DNA from: Promethearchaeota archaeon Loki_b32
GTDB taxonomy: Archaea; Asgardarchaeota; Lokiarchaeia; Sigyniarchaeales; SOKP01
Length of the DNA: 64,000 bases
NCBI GenBank assembly: GCA_005223125.1
Contig: NJBH01000007.1
Span: 32,001-96,000 of the forward strand
Direction: 5' to 3'
Position numbers and translations under genes: made by a program. The notes beneath the pieces are model-generated. The model did not search any database and had not been told where the DNA came from. It saw only the letters and a list, made by a program, of their open reading frames with translations. Positions 62,066-64,000 of this stretch are shown piece after piece. How positions within the stretch are numbered: position 1 is the first letter of the stretch; each line of letters starts with the position of its first letter.

Positions 62066-62938
62066 ATGACGAGAAAGAAGATTTTAATAGGAACCTCGGG
62101 ATGGGGTTATGATGAGTGGGTAGGCTCTTTTTATCCGAAGAGTATAAGGAAAAAGGATTATTTACTTTATTATTCAGAGATTTTTTATACTAATGAGATT
62201 AATACGACGTTTTATAACATTCCCCCGAGATGGATTGTTGAGAATTGGGTTAGTAAAACACCGAGGGATTTTTTATTTTCAGCAAAACTCCCTCAATCGG
62301 TAACACATGAACATAAATTAGATACAAATCTATGTTTAGATGATTTAGACTATTTTTTAAAAGCAATGGAACCATTGATTGAATCGAAAAAGTTATTGGC
62401 GTTTTTGGTTCAACTACCACCCGTTTTTAAAAAAGACGAGCATTTTAGCAATTTGAAGGAGTTTATTGATAATTGGCCGGGAAATCCTGAAAATGATAAT
62501 TACAATTTAGTTATTGAATTTAGAGATAAATCGTGGATGGATGATGAGGTTTTTCGATATTTAGAAGAGAAATCTTTAACTTATTGTGCGGTTATTGAAC
62601 CCCTATTACCTCCAAGGATGGACGTAACAAATCCGTCTTTTGCATATATCAGATTTCATGGTTATGGTAAGGATATTTGGTTTGACTATTGTTTTACTGA
62701 ACAGGAAATACAAAAATGGGCGGTTCCAATTAAAGAGGTAATTCAGAAAACAGATAAAGTTGGAATTTATTTTAATAATCACTTTTCAGGATATGCAACT
62801 AAGAATTCATTGATGCTAATGAAAGAATTAGATATCAAACCTAAGACTTCGCCAGAAGCTGTAAGTCTTTTAGATATTAAGAAAAAGACAGGAGAATATT
62901 CAAAGGGTCAAGTGGGTTTAGATAAATTTATTAAATAA
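62066..62938 (+). CDS. DUF72 family protein
   Basis: IGTSGW.Y..W.G.FYP, EIN.TFY, L.QLPP, EFR..SW, YIRFHG, YFNNH. Confidence 0.93.
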   Translation: MTRKKILIGTSGWGYDEWVGSFYPKSIRKKDYLLYYSEIFYTNEINTTFYNIPPRWIVENWVSKTPRDFLFSAKLPQSVTHEHKLDTNLCLDDLDYFLKAMEPLIESKKLLAFLVQLPPVFKKDEHFSNLKEFIDNWPGNPENDNYNLVIEFRDKSWMDDEVFRYLEEKSLTYCAVIEPLLPPRMDVTNPSFAYIRFHGYGKDIWFDYCFTEQEIQKWAVPIKEVIQKTDKVGIYFNNHFSGYATKNSLMLMKELDIKPKTSPEAVSLLDIKKKTGEYSKGQVGLDKFIK

Positions 62939-62960
62939 TTTAAATGAGACACAACAAATT

Positions 62961-63968
62961 TTGACTAAACAAAACATAAGAATTGGTTTTATTGGAGCTG
63001 GTTCTATAGGAAGTCTATTTGGAGGGTATTTAGCAAAAATCCAATCTGATAATTATTCATTAGAAGTGATTTTTTTTAATACTAAACCTTTTGTTGATGT
63101 AATAAACGAGGAAGGGTTAAAGTTGTTTAAAGATCAAGAGGTTATAATGATAAAGAATATAATAGCATATGAAAGTGAGAAATCTCTTGAAGAATTAATA
63201 AATCAGGATTCCTCTTTTCAATTTGATTTTTTGTTTCTTACAACAAAAGCGTATGATAATGAAAAAGCGATGCTCCAGTATAAGAAATTTTTTAATGCGA
63301 GCAAATATTTAGTGATATTGCAGAATGGGATTGGAAATGAAGATATTGCAATACAATTTATTGAAAAAGCTAGAATTATAAGAGTGGTGACTACAGAAGG
63401 GGCTTTATTGGATAAACCGGGTCATTTGTATCACACAGGTGAAGGAATAACTAAGATAGGATTTCCATTTCTTAATGATCTTAATTTAAAACCTAAAGAA
63501 TTAGAGCAGGCCGAATCAGATTTAAATTTATTGAACGACATTTTGAATTTAGCTGGTTTTGAAACAATTGTAGTAAGAGATATAATTATGGAAAGCTGGG
63601 AAAAAGTTTTTGTGAATATTGGGATCAATGCCGTTGGGGCTCTATCCCGTTTACCTAATGGAAAATTACTGGAAAATGAAGGATTGAGGTATTTACTAGA
63701 ACAAGCAGTAATAGAGTCAGTCAAAATCGCAAAGATGAAAGGTATTAAGCTTCCTGAAAAAGATTATATCTCAATAGCCTATGATGTTGCTGAAAAAACC
63801 GCAGATAATAAGAATTCGATGTTACAAGACATATTAAATAGAAAATCGACTGAAATTGATTTCATGAATGGGAGAATCTTAAAATACGCAATAGGGTTGG
63901 GTGTTAAAGTACCAGTTAATGAAATTTTAACATATTTAATAAAAGGGTTAGAACAATCAAAAAATTAA
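62961..63968 (+). CDS. panE: 2-dehydropantoate 2-reductase
   Basis: GAGSIGS..G, TKAYD, LQNG.G.E, WEK...N..IN, NSMLQD, TEID..NG. Confidence 0.95.
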   Translation: MTKQNIRIGFIGAGSIGSLFGGYLAKIQSDNYSLEVIFFNTKPFVDVINEEGLKLFKDQEVIMIKNIIAYESEKSLEELINQDSSFQFDFLFLTTKAYDNEKAMLQYKKFFNASKYLVILQNGIGNEDIAIQFIEKARIIRVVTTEGALLDKPGHLYHTGEGITKIGFPFLNDLNLKPKELEQAESDLNLLNDILNLAGFETIVVRDIIMESWEKVFVNIGINAVGALSRLPNGKLLENEGLRYLLEQAVIESVKIAKMKGIKLPEKDYISIAYDVAEKTADNKNSMLQDILNRKSTEIDFMNGRILKYAIGLGVKVPVNEILTYLIKGLEQSKN

Positions 63969-64000
63969 ACCGCTAAAGTCATAAAATAAGCATTTTCGCC

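Overview
AT-rich (~30% GC by eye) archaeal chromosome segment, most likely from a Lokiarchaeia-type Asgard archaeon. This rests on several Rab-like GTPases, a roadblock-GTPase fusion, a longin-domain protein, a Loki-type expanded protein family, and an unlinked 23S rRNA with very large ES39/ES9 expansion segments. Housekeeping genes dominate: rtcB/archease, carS, cdc6, PolD DP1/DP2, cbf5, rpoH/rpoB, tfe, mbf1, pan, nac, nrdD and the CoA genes mfnA/panB/panE. There are accessory patches at about 1.5-4.2 kb and 44-54 kb. The most striking signal is RNA-level: every stable RNA gene in the window is interrupted. tRNA-Leu(GAG) has two non-canonical, mutually similar BHB introns (30/31 and 59/60). 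tRNA-Thr(CGT) has one at about 28/29. tRNA-Lys(TTT) has a 30-nt insert near 43/44 with no cis BHB that I could find. The 23S rRNA has two clear BHB-type introns (E. coli ~1927 and ~2599/2600) plus a third ~31-nt insertion in H91. A ~200-bp, 98%-identical direct repeat brackets a 2.28-kb cassette encoding a cell-surface protein. All calls are by manual motif recognition; no searches were run.
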